From Vermamoeba vermiformis (lineage: Eukaryota), in assembly GCA_045837725.1 (NCBI GenBank), contig JBEWZL010000232.1:434001-498000 (forward strand): DNA of 64,000 nucleotides, given 5' to 3'. Under the pieces are notes generated by a model. That model had not been told where the DNA came from. It saw only the letters and a list, made by a program, of their open reading frames with translations, and made no database searches. Numbering within the stretch: the stretch's first letter is position 1; each line of letters opens with the position of its first letter. A program made the position numbers and the translations under genes. Shown in pieces: positions 36,413 through 51,319 of the stretch.

Positions 36413-37893
36413 ATGGAGAACAACACTACGTGGTCCCCCGAGCAATTATCGCTCTCATTTCTCCCAGATGAGCTACTCGTACTTATTTTAAGTTATATAA
36501 CGCGGACAATTGATAAGCAGAGGTAAGTCACCGGATTTGAAACTGATCGATCTCAAATTTTCACTTGAAAAAAGCTTTATTAATCGCAATTAATTTTTAA
36601 AAATATAGTACGAGCTTAGTATCACGAAAATGGTGGAAATTATCGTGGGATCTGACAACAAAATTAGATATTTATTTTGGACAAGCAGTATTAAACAAAA
36701 TGGAGCTTACTGATTTTCAACGAGTCTCGCAGCACTGTAATAATGTTACAGCACTATATTTGACACGCATTACGCTATATTCAGTACCTATCTCGTGGCT
36801 AGAATTATTTTTCAATTTGCCGCGAGTCACGCATCTGACTTTAACAGCATTAACAATGTACGATATTATTTGGCTTACCAATATGATGCAACTTAAATCA
36901 CTAGCTGCTTGGAAATTTGCTGAACGACGATATGAAGAGCTAGATCAGCTTACAAATTTAACGCATCTCGATCTGTCAAACAACGAGGAAGAAATTAGCG
37001 CTTTGTTGCTAGGAAAATTGACAAATTTAGTGAGCCTGTCATTTATAGACTTATTAGATGCAGAATATATTTTCCTAGCGCTCACAAACCTCACCAAATT
37101 ACGGATTCGATCGCTAACTTCAAACATCAATCTAGCGAATATAACCAACTTAAACAACTTGAAGTGTCTCATTATGAACGGACCAACATATGATGCAAAT
37201 TTGGATCATATAGTCAAACTTTCAAGCCTCGAAGCGATCAAATTAAGTTACTCTTACACGCATTCAGTTTTCGCGGAAAAAGGATTGATGAAATTACTTC
37301 AAATGACCTCATTAACGAAGATATCATTCGCTGGTGCCCATGTTAGTGGAGCTAGTTGGTCCTTATTGACGCACATGACCAATTTGAAAAGTTTGGATCT
37401 TAAAGGCGCTCATGCCAGTGTTTCAGTGAACGGCTGCAGAACGATTGGATTTATTCAGCAATTGCAAAAATTCGAATTTCCATTTAATACAGCAATGGAT
37501 GCGATGTTAGAGACAATAATTAATACTGGCATCGAGTTGAAGTCACTGATTATTCATAATTGTCAACAAATGACCAGATCCACCTTAAAATTAATCGTTC
37601 AGTTAACAAGCCTGCAAAAATTAGAATTAGACGAGCTCAGTATGATACCTGCAAACGATTTATACGAAGTGACAGTACTGTCTAATCTCCGAGCACTTTC
37701 GCTGTCAAAAACTTGGCGCAGTTCAGATCAGCTCTTAGTTAGACCATTTTTGGCATTAACCAAATTAAGAAAACTCGTTCTTGGCTGTCACGTGCTCAAA
37801 GAAGAAGCGGATCTGATGCAGCCATCAACGATGATATTTTTGGAGAAATTTCATTGTAGGAAGATTATAACCCGTCCAACTCATACATTATAG
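36413..37893 (+). CDS. F-box/LRR protein
   Basis: Exon 1 LSFLPDELLVLILSYI; exon 2 LTNLxxLxL repeats. Confidence 0.85.
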
Positions 37894-37976
37894 GCAGAAC
37901 AATATTCAATTAGGTCCTATAATACTATAAATGGCAAAACCACGTGACTTCAAACCAATTTTTTTTGGATCGTCGT

Positions 37977-40900
37977 TTATTTTAGCTTTTGTATCGGTTT
38001 AATGGGCTCTAAATAAACATAGATACCAAAAGCTAAAATTATTGCAGCTATAACAGCGTACAATAAGTACTCGTACGGAAACGGTTTCTTTTGGAGTTTT
38101 GCGATCTTTGTAACGACTTGTTTTTGTTTCTTTTGGGCCTCTTCTCTTTCTTCTTTCTCGTTGACTTTGTTTTTCTTTTCTTTTTTCTTTTTCTTGCTTT
38201 CATCCTCCTTAACTGATATTTCTTTCTTTGGCTTTTCCTCCTAAATTTTTTTGTTAGCGGATCTCGATCAAAGCCGTACTTTTGGGCCATTAGTATAATC
38301 TTACCTGAACTGGTGGAGCAATTGGCTCTTTAGGACAGTTTTCATCGCATTCTAATAACGAATCAACTCTTGCGGCAAGTTTTCTGTTCTTCCTCTCCGC
38401 TTGAGCTTTGGCACATTCCCACTTGTCTTTCTTTGTGCCGCATTTGCACGTGATTTTCACAAGTTTAGGACAAGAGAACCTCGCACACGAACCTATGAAT
38501 GTGGTGTAAATACGATGCTTGGTGACTTGCAGATCTAGATCCAAACTTACCGAAGTGACACACTTGAGAGCAGCGATGACTGCAAGACAATAAGGGCTTC
38601 ATGCAAATTTCTTTGCAAACAGTACTGAAGCCGTCGGCTATAGCCACGTGACACGGTACTTTCAACGGACTGAGCACAGGGATTAAAAATTACGTCGTGG
38701 CAACTGACCCTTCGAGGTACTTACTTTCGATGAGAGTGGCACTGGAAGGTTAATGTAATTTGACATGGCGGGCATGCATTCAAGTGACAGCCGAGAGGGC
38801 AAATATGACTGCAGGTGCGCGGGTTGTCACAGGATGCTTTGCATTCGTCACATGGCTCGGGCTTCTCGTTGGCTAAAGTAGGAGCCCAAATACTTTTCTT
38901 TTGCTTCTTAGTCTTGAATACTATCGGCTTAAACTCTATTCTCTCTTCTTTAACTAGTTTCAGATGTGTTTTCGTGTCTTCAACAACATCTCGTCGTACT
39001 TCAACGATGTGACATTTCTTTTGACACGTGTGTTTGCCGCACTTAAGCAGCACACCACACTTATCAGGGCAACTTAAATAGGGCTCGCTCTTACAAGGCA
39101 TTTGAGTAGTCTAAAATAACTATGTTAATCAACGGAGCAAAAGTTGGTGGATCAAGATTCGGCGGATCGAACTCACCTTGTGACCTCCTCGACAACTCTT
39201 GGTGACAGTATGATCGAGGTCGTAGCCAACTTGACAACTAACTTCTTTAGACTCGCCACCGCAAAAGCACGTCAAAACTATCGTCTTGGGACAGTCCTGA
39301 CATTTGCCCGTGTGACACAACGCTTCGCACGTGTGATTTTTACAATTCAGCGTCTTGCCACAAATTTTCTTGCAAGGAGGGCAATTAACTCCTACAAAAA
39401 CAAAAAGGTGAGGAGACTGCAATAAGGCAAAGAAAGAGAGCCAAAAAAAAAAATCAATGTGCCAACCCCTGGAATTGAACCAGGATTTTTGGAGCCACAA
39501 TCCAATGTTCTTCCGTTGAACTAGGTCGGCTTGTTAATTTTGGTTGGCCGAAAAAAATTGGACCTGACGGGTACAGCAACAACCAACTCCGTCTTTCGCC
39601 ATCTTCGTGGATTTGCGTCCTTAATTGTTCTTTAATCGCCTGTAAAGACTTACCATCGCAACACCTCGTATTGCACGGATGTTTGCCGCACTCCCGCATG
39701 TTCTGACAACGTTTCTGACAATAGAACTCTTCAGAGCAGAGCACTTCGCCTTTAGTCTTGCCACAATGGCACGTTTTTTTCTGCACGTTCGAGTGGTCAG
39801 TAACGAGTACTATACATCTACACTAAGATAATCATACGTACGACTATATCTCGACAGTTCTCTTCGCAAGGACCAGCGTGACATCTCATCGTGCACCGAT
39901 GTGCTCCACAACTCAGCTTCTTGTCGCACGTGTCACCGCACGACGTCACTTCTTTCGTGCACGCCAAGACCATCTTTTTCTTGCCGCAGAAACATGTCCT
40001 ACACGGGGTTAGCCAACAAAAATATTGGATAAATAACACGCACCTCGGTAACGTCCTCGGGCAAGGTCCGCAATCACCAGCATGACAAATCTATATCATA
40101 TCAATTAGAGTTACGTCCATGGTATGCATATGTGCACGTACCTGTTCGCACTTGTGATGACCACATCCGTAGGACTTGCCACAAATATTCTTACATTGGA
40201 ACACGTCTTCGTTGCACGGACGTACTTCTCGGACTTTTTTACATTGACAGTATTTAGCGCTCGTCATACTGCACGGAGGGCAATCGCCTGGCAAGTAAAC
40301 CGTTGGATCAGATCAAAGTTTAGGGTGGCAATAATAAGGGAGCTATGAGACGTACCTGCGTGACACACTTGTTCGCAGTGATGTTGGCCACATGCTAGTA
40401 ACTTGTGACATACTTTGTTGCACGTGTAATTCTTCTCAGAACACCGACGGACCTGCGTGGCAGATCCACAATAGCACGAGTACCTCGCTTGAGTAGGGCA
40501 CGGTGGACACCTGCCCGAGTGACAGGGCTGCACGCACGAGTGTCCACAATCAGGTTTTAATTGTTTACCGCACAACTCTCCGCACTACAATGTCGTTTTT
40601 AGTGCGTGTCACATCAATCATAAAAACGCTTATATGAATAGCAATAGCCTTCTATAGTAAAAATTATTCGTGTCACGTACTGTGTGAGGAGGATTCCACG
40701 GGTTAGGCTCGGGATTTAATGTTTTGCCGCAGTAACAGTAATAGTTCTTAGGTGCTTCTCGGACCAAATGTGCTCCTCGACAATTCGGACTAAACACATT
40801 ATAATTAGTATTTTCCTAGTGTATCCAGCAATCACATACCAGTTCCACTCTTCTTTTAATTTAGCAGCGGGAAATAACTCTTCAGACAAGCCCTAAAGTA

Positions 40901-41641
40901 GGCAGATCGCGTGAGTCCAGTAACTCATTTGCGCGTTATATGTAGACTTACCTGCTTCTTAACTCCGTCTTGAATCCATTTTTGAATGCAGTACAAATGA
41001 AATTGATGGCAGTAACAATGTGTGCATTGCCAGACTGCGTGTTCATGACGAATCTAGTCAACAATTAGAAAATATTCGTGAGCAAAGATATGTATAGTTG
41101 TCATTATGATAAGCAAAGTAAATTCAAATTTCTACTCAATGGATTTTTTCTGAATAATTTAGAAAAATTTTGTGTCATCTAACGGTTAGCGTACCTTCTC
41201 CATGCAGATCAAGCAGTTTTCCATTCTATATGCAGGTCGTTCGATGCCATTATCACTGTTGGTAAGCTCAACGTCCTCGTCATCGTCTTGATCCATCAGC
41301 TTCAATTTCTCCAATAATTGCTTATTTAATTCCTGCTGGCGCTTTATCGGATCTTCTTTCTCGACATATACTTTATCATTATTTCTATTATTTTTGCGCG
41401 AGTTATTATTGTTATTTGACGATCCTGAACCCCAATCTGAAATATTCAAATTTTTCCGTCTTGAATCTGGCGCACTGACTGCAGAAAGATTTTGGGCTTT
41501 TGGCGTTCGAACAGTATTAGCCCAGTCCATTTGCGAGAGATTAGCAGCTTTCGGTTTCTTGTTAGCAGATCCGCCACGCACCTCTCCATCTCGATCGACG
41601 TACTTGCTGTTTTTATATTCTGTAGCTGAATTACGCTGCAT
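37977..41641 (-). CDS. NFXL1: NF-X1-type zinc finger protein with C-terminal TM (NFXL1-like)
   Basis: RING ([23 protein letters not shown]), PHSCGELC, many C-x-H-x-C...CH-x-G-x-C fingers, Lys-rich coil, C-terminal hydrophobic helix, no R3H seen. Confidence 0.85.
39460..39530 (-). tRNA. tRNA-His(GTG), canonical, nested in NFXL1 intron 39392-39653
   Basis: GCCGACC/GGTTGGC acceptor, TTGGA-TTGTGGC-TCCAA anticodon arm, GGTTCAATTCC B box, A73, downstream T run. Confidence 0.93.
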
Positions 41642-41831
41642 GGTGGTCGTTCAGTTTAATATATACATTAATATGCTTAGTCATTCCGAAGAAACAATTT
41701 GACCGTTTTTTTGAACACGTGGTTAGATGTGTCAAAAATGTCTCAGGTTTGACGTTCCTGTCTTGTGCAATGATTTTGTGTGTTTTATTAATTGATTTGG
41801 TTATGACCTGGAGTATGTATAACGCCATATT

Positions 41832-44800
41832 ATGGATACTCGAATTTTAGCCAATTGGTCGAAGAGATTTTTCGATCTGCCAGTTTGCAAAGATCTTCCT
41901 CGATTAATTAAAGGAGTGACCGTATATGATCCTGATGGAAAATTAGTAAGCATTTTAACGATATGGATATCAACTTAAATTAATATGATTCAAATTAAGC
42001 CTGAATTATGGCCATGCTTTCCAATTCAAAATTAAATCCGCGAGATTAATCAATATATCTGTAAAATCTAACAATTCGTCACTATTAATAATTTTCTTGC
42101 GCGTTTAACTTATTTAATTAAATAACTGTAGATATTTTTCTGTCATTTGTTTTACAAATTTGATTGATAGGCGTCATAATACGCTGACATACAATACCTA
42201 TACTTGCAATTTTTAATCTATGCATTTATACTCATTATTACAAAACAGCTCTTCAGTGAAAATGGCTCAAGCTCACGAGTTGAAGCGATCTACAGATTTT
42301 TGTGCATATTATCCAAACAGCTCGAAGAAAATGATAGCTATAATTACATTATTAACAACTATCATTTGCACGTGACGCAAGAAGCTTCTGATATGCAGAC
42401 TCAGGTATTTCAAATTTTTGTTTCTGTTACTTAATTCTATTTAGCGTACAAGCCTCAAAAATGCGATCTCATTTGTATAATTATGGCATATACTTATTAT
42501 TTTAAATTTGCAATTTTTTGAGTCTCCCAAACGACGAAATGTGATCCAATTCAAAAAGTTGATCCACAATCTATCTATTGCGAGATTATGTCATTCAAGT
42601 CTACTAATATTAATATTATGTAGTTGATATCATTCTTTGCCGAGTTTCCTGAGCACACACGCACAATTCGTTTGTTGAAGTGCATCCAGCAAGAAATTAT
42701 CGTAGCACCCGTAAGTTCTCATTAAACAACATATTTATGCATAGAATTGTCTATTTAGGACATATATTATTGAATTCTACTCAAATGTCAACGAAATGCT
42801 CGTGTAACCTACTGACTTTAAATTTCAAAAGGTTATGGAGCTTAGAAAGCGAATTTACGATCTATATCGTTATAAAGATGAACCTCAATCATGGTAAGTC
42901 TATTTTGAATATTTCCATACGTCGATTATTGCTGATCCAGTTGCTTCTTTAGGCGCGTACAAATCGAGTTTGGCGAGAAAGATATAAAAGTCATTCATAA
43001 AAAGAAAGAACGGTCACATATCGACGAACCATCACAATATTTTGGCTTTGAGTGGTCAATGGGCTTTAATTTCTCCAAGAAATTGAGCGTCTTAAATATT
43101 CAAGTTCAGATCTTGGATTGGTACTTCAAGCCTGAAATTAGACCTGAAATCAAATACACATTGGGTAAGCGTAGATAATATTAACGCATCGTTATAATAT
43201 TTTTGTTTAGAGAAGGCATTCAAATGGTTCACTTCGCCGACCACGCCTTTCAGGAGGATCTGGATCAAGCCGATGCACACTGCGACTTTCTGGGAAGAGT
43301 TTCCAAGAATAGCCGAGAATATTCAAGTCGTTTTGCACAATAACCTACAAGTAAGTCATGCAGCGGAATTTTTTTAAGATCAGATCTGAAATATCATTTT
43401 GTAGCCTGGTGGTGGCAAGTCTATTTATCAATACGACGCAGCCAATAGAACTACGTCTATTGTACGCTTATTGCTCTCATTGACGCGACTTTTCGAGCCC
43501 GAGAACGAAGATTTTGTACGCAAAATTGAGTCCGTGTTCAAAGCCCCTTCGGAGCAGTTGACCGATAGATTGATGGCACTATTTAGCGGCGTCGAGCCTG
43601 GCGTTGAAGAGTCGCCGACAATCAGAGTCTTGAAATGTTTGCAAAGTTCATTACGAAATGAAGTGACCAATATTGTCAATGCGGCTTTTGGCGACAAATA
43701 CGGACTCAGCGAAGTACGTGCAATTTTTTTTCAACTTTGATTTCTAACGTTTTTTTTGCCTTATTTAGGCACCTGGATTGCCTAAAATCACCATGTCAAT
43801 TACAGTCAGCAAGAATGAAGTTACAAAACAGTTGAACCGAGCGATCAATGTCACGCACAAAATGAGGCTGCAGACGAGAGAAGGAGCGCCTGAAGCTGAC
43901 TTCGTACTTGATTTACAACTGAGCCTGAATCTCACTTATAATTACAACCGATTAGATGGATGTAAGTAACATGCTTTCGACGAAAAGTCTTCGTGAACTA
44001 ACGGATCCACAGCGATTCTCGTTACTGATTGGTCGTTCAATGACAAAATGCCAGTGGAGAAAAAAGAAGGTACATATTAAATATTTAATAGTCTCGAGTC
44101 AGTTATTAACATATGTCTTTCATAGCCATCAAGGATCTGTTGAGACCTTTCGTTCCTGCGGATCTGCATTTCAAAAGAATTTGGAACAAGTCTATACTTA
44201 AGTTGCCCGTACACGCGTACTTACCTAAGGTCATTGGTAACGTTAATGTTATGATTGCCGAACAAACCGTGAGTAGATTAAGTAACTTTTAAAAGTCGGA
44301 TCTAACGTTTAATTGACTGGTTAGGTCTTTGTTGGCAATCCAAATGATCCACCTCCAAACAGTACTTATGAGCTTTTGATTACCTTGGGTCATTTATTCG
44401 ATCCAGCAGCGGTCCAGCAACTCAAAGTCAATCAAAATTTTGTCTTGAAGTCAGTTGGAGACTTTGGTGATAAGTTGCAAAAGCTGCTTACGACATTTGA
44501 TCCAAGCAGCAAGTTGATTCGATTGTTGAAGTGCTTTCCCTTGAACTGTCTCGTGCCTTCAATTTTAAGTCTGCGAGATCAAATCTACGATCGGTTCAGG
44601 TTCAAAGAAATCAAAGGCCAATGGACTATTACAGTAAAATTAACTGGTGCCCACGTTTTGGTTATTCATAAGCGAAGAGAACAAGCCCACGATGACACGC
44701 CTGGAAACTATTTTGAATTTGCTTGGGAGACCGAGTTTGCCTTCGACAGGTAAAAAATAGAAATAATAGAAAAAAATTCAAATTAACTTACTATTATATT

Positions 44801-47800
44801 ATTAGGGAGCTATCTGACTTCAAAGTTCAAACTCGAATTGTTGATTGGAGTTTTGCCCAATTGGTCCAATCAGAATTCAAGCAGAAGTTCGTGGAAACGA
44901 TCAAACCTTTCGTACCGAAGCACATTTACTACAAAAGAATTTGGCAACGACCTATTGAGATGTTCGAGATTGGTCTTAATATGGCTAGAATATACAGACG
45001 AACTCAAATTTTTGATCACGAATCGAAGCTGGTACGAAAGATTTCCTAATTTGGAACTACTTAATATTTCTTCGTTACTGCGGACTCATTGATTAATATT
45101 GTTTAGTTATATACGCATGATCCTACTAAGCCAAGCACCGAAGGCATGAAGGATTTTTTGACTACTTTGGCTCTTTACACGGAGTCGTTGGACTGCGCGG
45201 AAAAAGTTGCCGTAGAATTCGCTAATTATGTTAACGGAACAAAAGATAATCCTACAATGGTCGAAGAATTCTTCCTCAAGTAAGTAACTCGATATTTTTT
45301 TTTTAATTCGAGTCAAAATTAATTTATTGGTTTTCAGGGGCATTGCTCGATGCGGATTGAACAATAACAGCAAATTTATGAAGCTATTGAAGACTTTGAC
45401 GATGGAAATTATTGGTCCTGCGATCAACCACTTCAAATCCACTTACTACGCGGAATTTCCATTTAAGGTAAGCACAATTTTTCAAACTCTTTCTTAGTTA
45501 CAAAGTGCGTCATTTTTAATTCAACCAGAGCGATTTTATCAATTTTATTCGTTCGAAGGAAATTTCGCAATTTTTTGTCTTTTGAGGGACATTTGTAAGG
45601 TTGAAAAGGCAGTCATCAAGCAATCCGACCTAGTTCAATTGGCTAGAACAGCAGGCTGTGACCCTGACAATCCTGGTTCAAGTCCAGGGGTTGGATTCTC
45701 TTTTTGCCCTCGTGACAACCACATCCGTTTTTTTGGAGTCGGATCCTATCTGAGCTTGCGGTATTTTTTTGACTGGAATTTGGAGCGCACATAATATTAT
45801 CAATAGCTGCACATTATTTAGTGCATCGCTGAGTTACGTAACTTTGCACATCTTAAGCCCGCAGCGGCTCTTAAGTTTTTCTCAACTTTGCTGCTTGGTT
45901 ACGTCAAATGTCCCTTTCCATACAGTCGTGTCTTTTGCACGACTTCTTTAGTTTTTGTGCTTGACGGGTATCAAAAGGCGCTATAGCTTAAGTGGTAGAG
46001 CACCGGCCCCCGGAGTCGGTTGTCCTGGTTCAAGTCCTGGTGGCGCCTCATTTCTTTTTTGCCTTCAGATTATCCAATTTTAAGTACTTAGATACGAAAA
46101 TTACCGCGTTTTTTACAACATTTCATTCCATCACGTCATTTAATGCACCTTTCGTTTGATCCTGATCTAACACTTTTTTTTGTTAGGACGTGAAAGGCTC
46201 TTGGGTGACAGAATTATACTTGGAGCCGCCACAAAACGTTAAGCATTCTTTTGCTTTTACAGATGGTATTGGAACTGAGCAAGAGAATCGTTTGTACAGC
46301 AGTGGATCGACGGATGTGGAGTACGATGGCGCTAAGATTATTCATAAAAAGCGAGAAGAGACCTATCAAACTAATACTGAAGAGTCATACTTTACATTCG
46401 AGTGGCAGGTATGTTTCCAACTAATTTAGCGGATGTGACAAGTCAAACTAACCAATCATTAGCTCGTGATGATTTGCACGCGTGGGCTCGATGACTTGTC
46501 AGTAGACTTGCGTATTACGGATATTTCACTATTTGCTGCTAAAAAGTAAGTAATTTAAAACATTTCTCGAGGCATCCCTAACGCGTATTTCAGTGAACGA
46601 AAAGTCAACGTGCAACAAGCGTTCAAGAGTTTGGTACGGTTTATACTATCACAAGTGATGTCTCCAAGCTAACTTGGTAATTATACAGGTTCGTGATAAC
46701 TCCAAAGTGTTCCAAAAGGTCACGAAGATGAATGTTCAAGATGTCGTTGATGTAGCCATTGGCACCGTGAAAAAGCTCTCCGTTACTGATATGCCAAAGG
46801 TAATCGCAATGCTCTATTTACTACTCGATATTGTTATTAACGGTGTTTTGGAAGATTGATCACCCACACATTGCCGAAGGTGTCAATTTGTTGTCGTTGC
46901 TTGAAGCACTTCGCCGAGCATTAAATCACGTCGAAGTTGAGATGCCTAAAGTAATCTTGCCGACCAACAGACCCAGCTTCGAACTGGTCGAGGCAAACAT
47001 GTCTCGCAAGAACACGAGCAACAATCCTCCTCCCGTTCGTTCAGCTGTCAATTCTACGAACCTTGGTAACATTAAGAGTGGCATTGTTAACACTGGCATA
47101 GCTCCGAGGTAATATTAAACGACCTATATGCTGCAAAAAGATAGGTCTAACATTGTACCATTAGAGCTGAGCCGCTCATTGGCTCCACTCAAGCACGTCG
47201 CTCAAGTCACAAAAAGTCGAACAGTCTTGTAGACATGACACCGTTGTTGCCCACGCCAGCACCTGTAGCTCCTTCGACGCCGGGAGGAATTTCCTGGAGC
47301 AATAGAATGGCCGCAAAACCTGCTGGTGTTCCCAAGGGATTCACACTGCGAAACCCTCCAAACATGACACAAAACAGACAGTTGCCGCCAGTCCCAACAA
47401 CAGCCCCTTCTTCGCCTCCTTCTGGCACGAGTTATTTGATGCAACGTCCGAGTGCGCTGAACACGCAAGTTACGGCTAATAACAATAACACCAATCAACC
47501 AGTGGGTACCGTTGATACGGCTAAAAAAGTCAGCAACGCTGGTGTGAGCATTAATTACAGCAGTTCAATGTCAAAAAATAACAACGTGGTCAACTCGAGC
47601 TACGGCAATGAAAGCATGCTCGAGCGCAAGTCATCGGGCAGTCACATCCCGGCGCCGCCCGAGATTGTTGCTTTGAATAACACGCAAATAGTCAATAACA
47701 ACATTCAAAAGTTCAATGCAATCAGCAACAACTCGCCGAGGACAACGACGATTGCGACCTCGAGCAACATCTACCCGTCATCTTCCATGTCTTCTCCTGC

Positions 47801-48002
47801 CATGACTATACCGACTTCTCCAACGAAATCGGCGCAATCGGTTGAAGTCGAGACCAGTGGCTCCCCATGGTCTTCGTCGCACTCGCAAGGGCAATCTAAT
47901 CCGAAATTTGGTTTGGGAATGACACGTGGCACTCCAAATGGATCTACAGCAAACACGCCGAGCACTCCTAATAATAGTTATTTGCGAAACTATTTCAACT
48001 AA
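41832..48002 (+). CDS. Large protein with about 4 tandem copies of a GlfB-C-terminal-like domain and a Ser/Asn/Pro-rich tail
   Basis: Recurrent LLKC, KGxW, IHKKxE..YFxFxW, RIxDWSF blocks; family name from recall, not a search. Confidence 0.65.
45624..45696 (+). tRNA. Atypical tRNA with GTG (His) anticodon, intronic
   Basis: TCCGACC/GGTTGGA acceptor, GTTC/GAAC D stem, CTGTGAC loop, GGTTCAAGTCC, T run after. Confidence 0.8.
45977..46048 (+). tRNA. Atypical tRNA with CCG (Arg) anticodon, intronic
   Basis: GGCGCTA/TGGCGCC acceptor, CCGGC-CCCCGGA-GTCGG anticodon arm, GGTTCAAGTCC, T run after. Confidence 0.75.
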
Positions 48003-48137
48003 GCTTGTACAAACCTTCATTATTTAAACGCAAATCGATCTGCTTACGTGTCGAATCTGTTTTTTTGGTGACGTGTTGTTTCTGGCTTAAAAAATTTTGT
48101 TTTCTGCCATTATTTATCATTGATTTGTAGTTAAACA

Positions 48138-49589
<1,452 letters not shown>

Positions 49590-50004
49590 TACAATTGAAG
49601 ACGAAAGATTGCTAAAGTTGATAAAGATTAGATTAGCGTTGCAATGTTAAGGTTATCCGAAGGTTCCATCAGTTTAGAAGCTTCTATAAAAGGTAATTTT
49701 GGAAAATTCTTGATCCGTATCTTCTCGCTATTTCCATCAAATAATAAGACCGCATATGATTATTCTGACTTGATTATAGTAGTCTTATTGAATTCTAGTA
49801 GTTAGAAAGCAGTTTCAGACGTTGGTAGGTCGGAGCAGATCCGAAGCGCACATAATTTTGTTACGGCTTGCGTTCCTAAAAAAGCAAATCTAGGAAAACA
49901 GGGTATAAATACACAGCAAATGCGACAGTATTACTCAAGCAATTTAACAAACAACAACACACCTCAATTGCTCAACTCGCTCGTTCGTTACAAAAAACCC
50001 TCAA

Positions 50005-50767
50005 ATGAAATTTCTTGCCTTCGCTGTCTTTGTTTCAACTCTTTGGTGGATCCAAGCCGTCTATGCTGAAGATTGTTCGCAAGCCATCGTAGCTCCTGAT
50101 GGCAGCAAGTACGACTTGTCTGGAATTGGATGGAGGTAAAATTTAAAACGAATCCGGAAATACGAGTTAGATTAGATCTGATACTTTAATTCATTTAGAG
50201 CTCAGACGTATGAACTAGCTGCACCTGATTATACGTACTCATATAATATCAGCATTTGCAATCCTCTCCCCGATCCCTGCAGCAATCAGCAGTGCGCCAG
50301 CTCATCGACCGCTGGTAAGACAACATTATTGTAGTAATTGATTACTATTATTTAACGTTTATATAGCAATCTGCCAGTATTGGGGCAGCACAATTAATCA
50401 GGAAAAATGTTTCGGAAAAGCTGCCACGCGTACTATTGTTGGATTGAGTAAGCTTTAATATATATTAAAATGACCTAGTAGATATTATATATAATAGTAT
50501 TAACTCGTTTTCTTTAGATAAGGGCGCTGGTGTCCAGATCACATTCACTAACGGCGACATCTGCGGATCTTGCAACCCTATTCAGCCAAGAAAGTCAACA
50601 GTTACTTTGCTATGCAATTCATCACGTAAGTTAGATTATAATATCAATTTACGTTAACTTACTCGGTTTTAGTGAGAGATCGCACTCAGATCTACTGGGA
50701 CGTTGCCGATGTTCCTCAACCCAACGGACCCGCTGTCGCCAACTTCATCGGCTCTTTCGTTTGCTAA
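50005..50767 (+). CDS. Small secreted MRH (mannose-6-phosphate receptor homology)-like protein
   Basis: Signal peptide; DGSKYDLS, YNISICNPL, AICQ, GVQITFTNGDIC, RKSTVTLLC; no TM. Confidence 0.7.
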
Positions 50768-51319
50768 TTAAGCAAGCTTTGTATTGGCAGCATGCCAGTG
50801 TTAGGCATTATTATTCACCATTCATGAAAAAATTTTGACGCATCAATAAATTGCTTATTGTTTGCATCAACTCAATTCTTTTCGTTTGTAAATCATTGGT
50901 TGCAAGCCTCGTAATGGGGCTGAATATTCAATAATTGGCAGAAGAAAAAAAAAGATAATTATCTCGAACTCGGACGGTAACGCCTCCATTTGCTCCTAAA
51001 CAACATTAATTAAGTGTTTTATGCCTGTAATTAATTTTCCAAATTTTTAGGAGATAAAATAAAGATTTCAAATTTGGATGGAACGGATTTGTACCTCGCA
51101 ACCTATGTGTTACTTGTGCAGCCGTTCTGTAATACGTCAATTTTATAATTTGATATGAAGGGGTAAAGTGTGGTGTTTACGTACATTCTTGATAATTCAC
51201 GAAAGATTTTTTGTTTTCCGCATCCGCTCTTTTCCAATAACGTAATTAATTGGAAAACTACACATTATACTATCGGTGGTCTTTTATTGGACCCTATTTC
51301 TTGACGGACGTGCAATACA

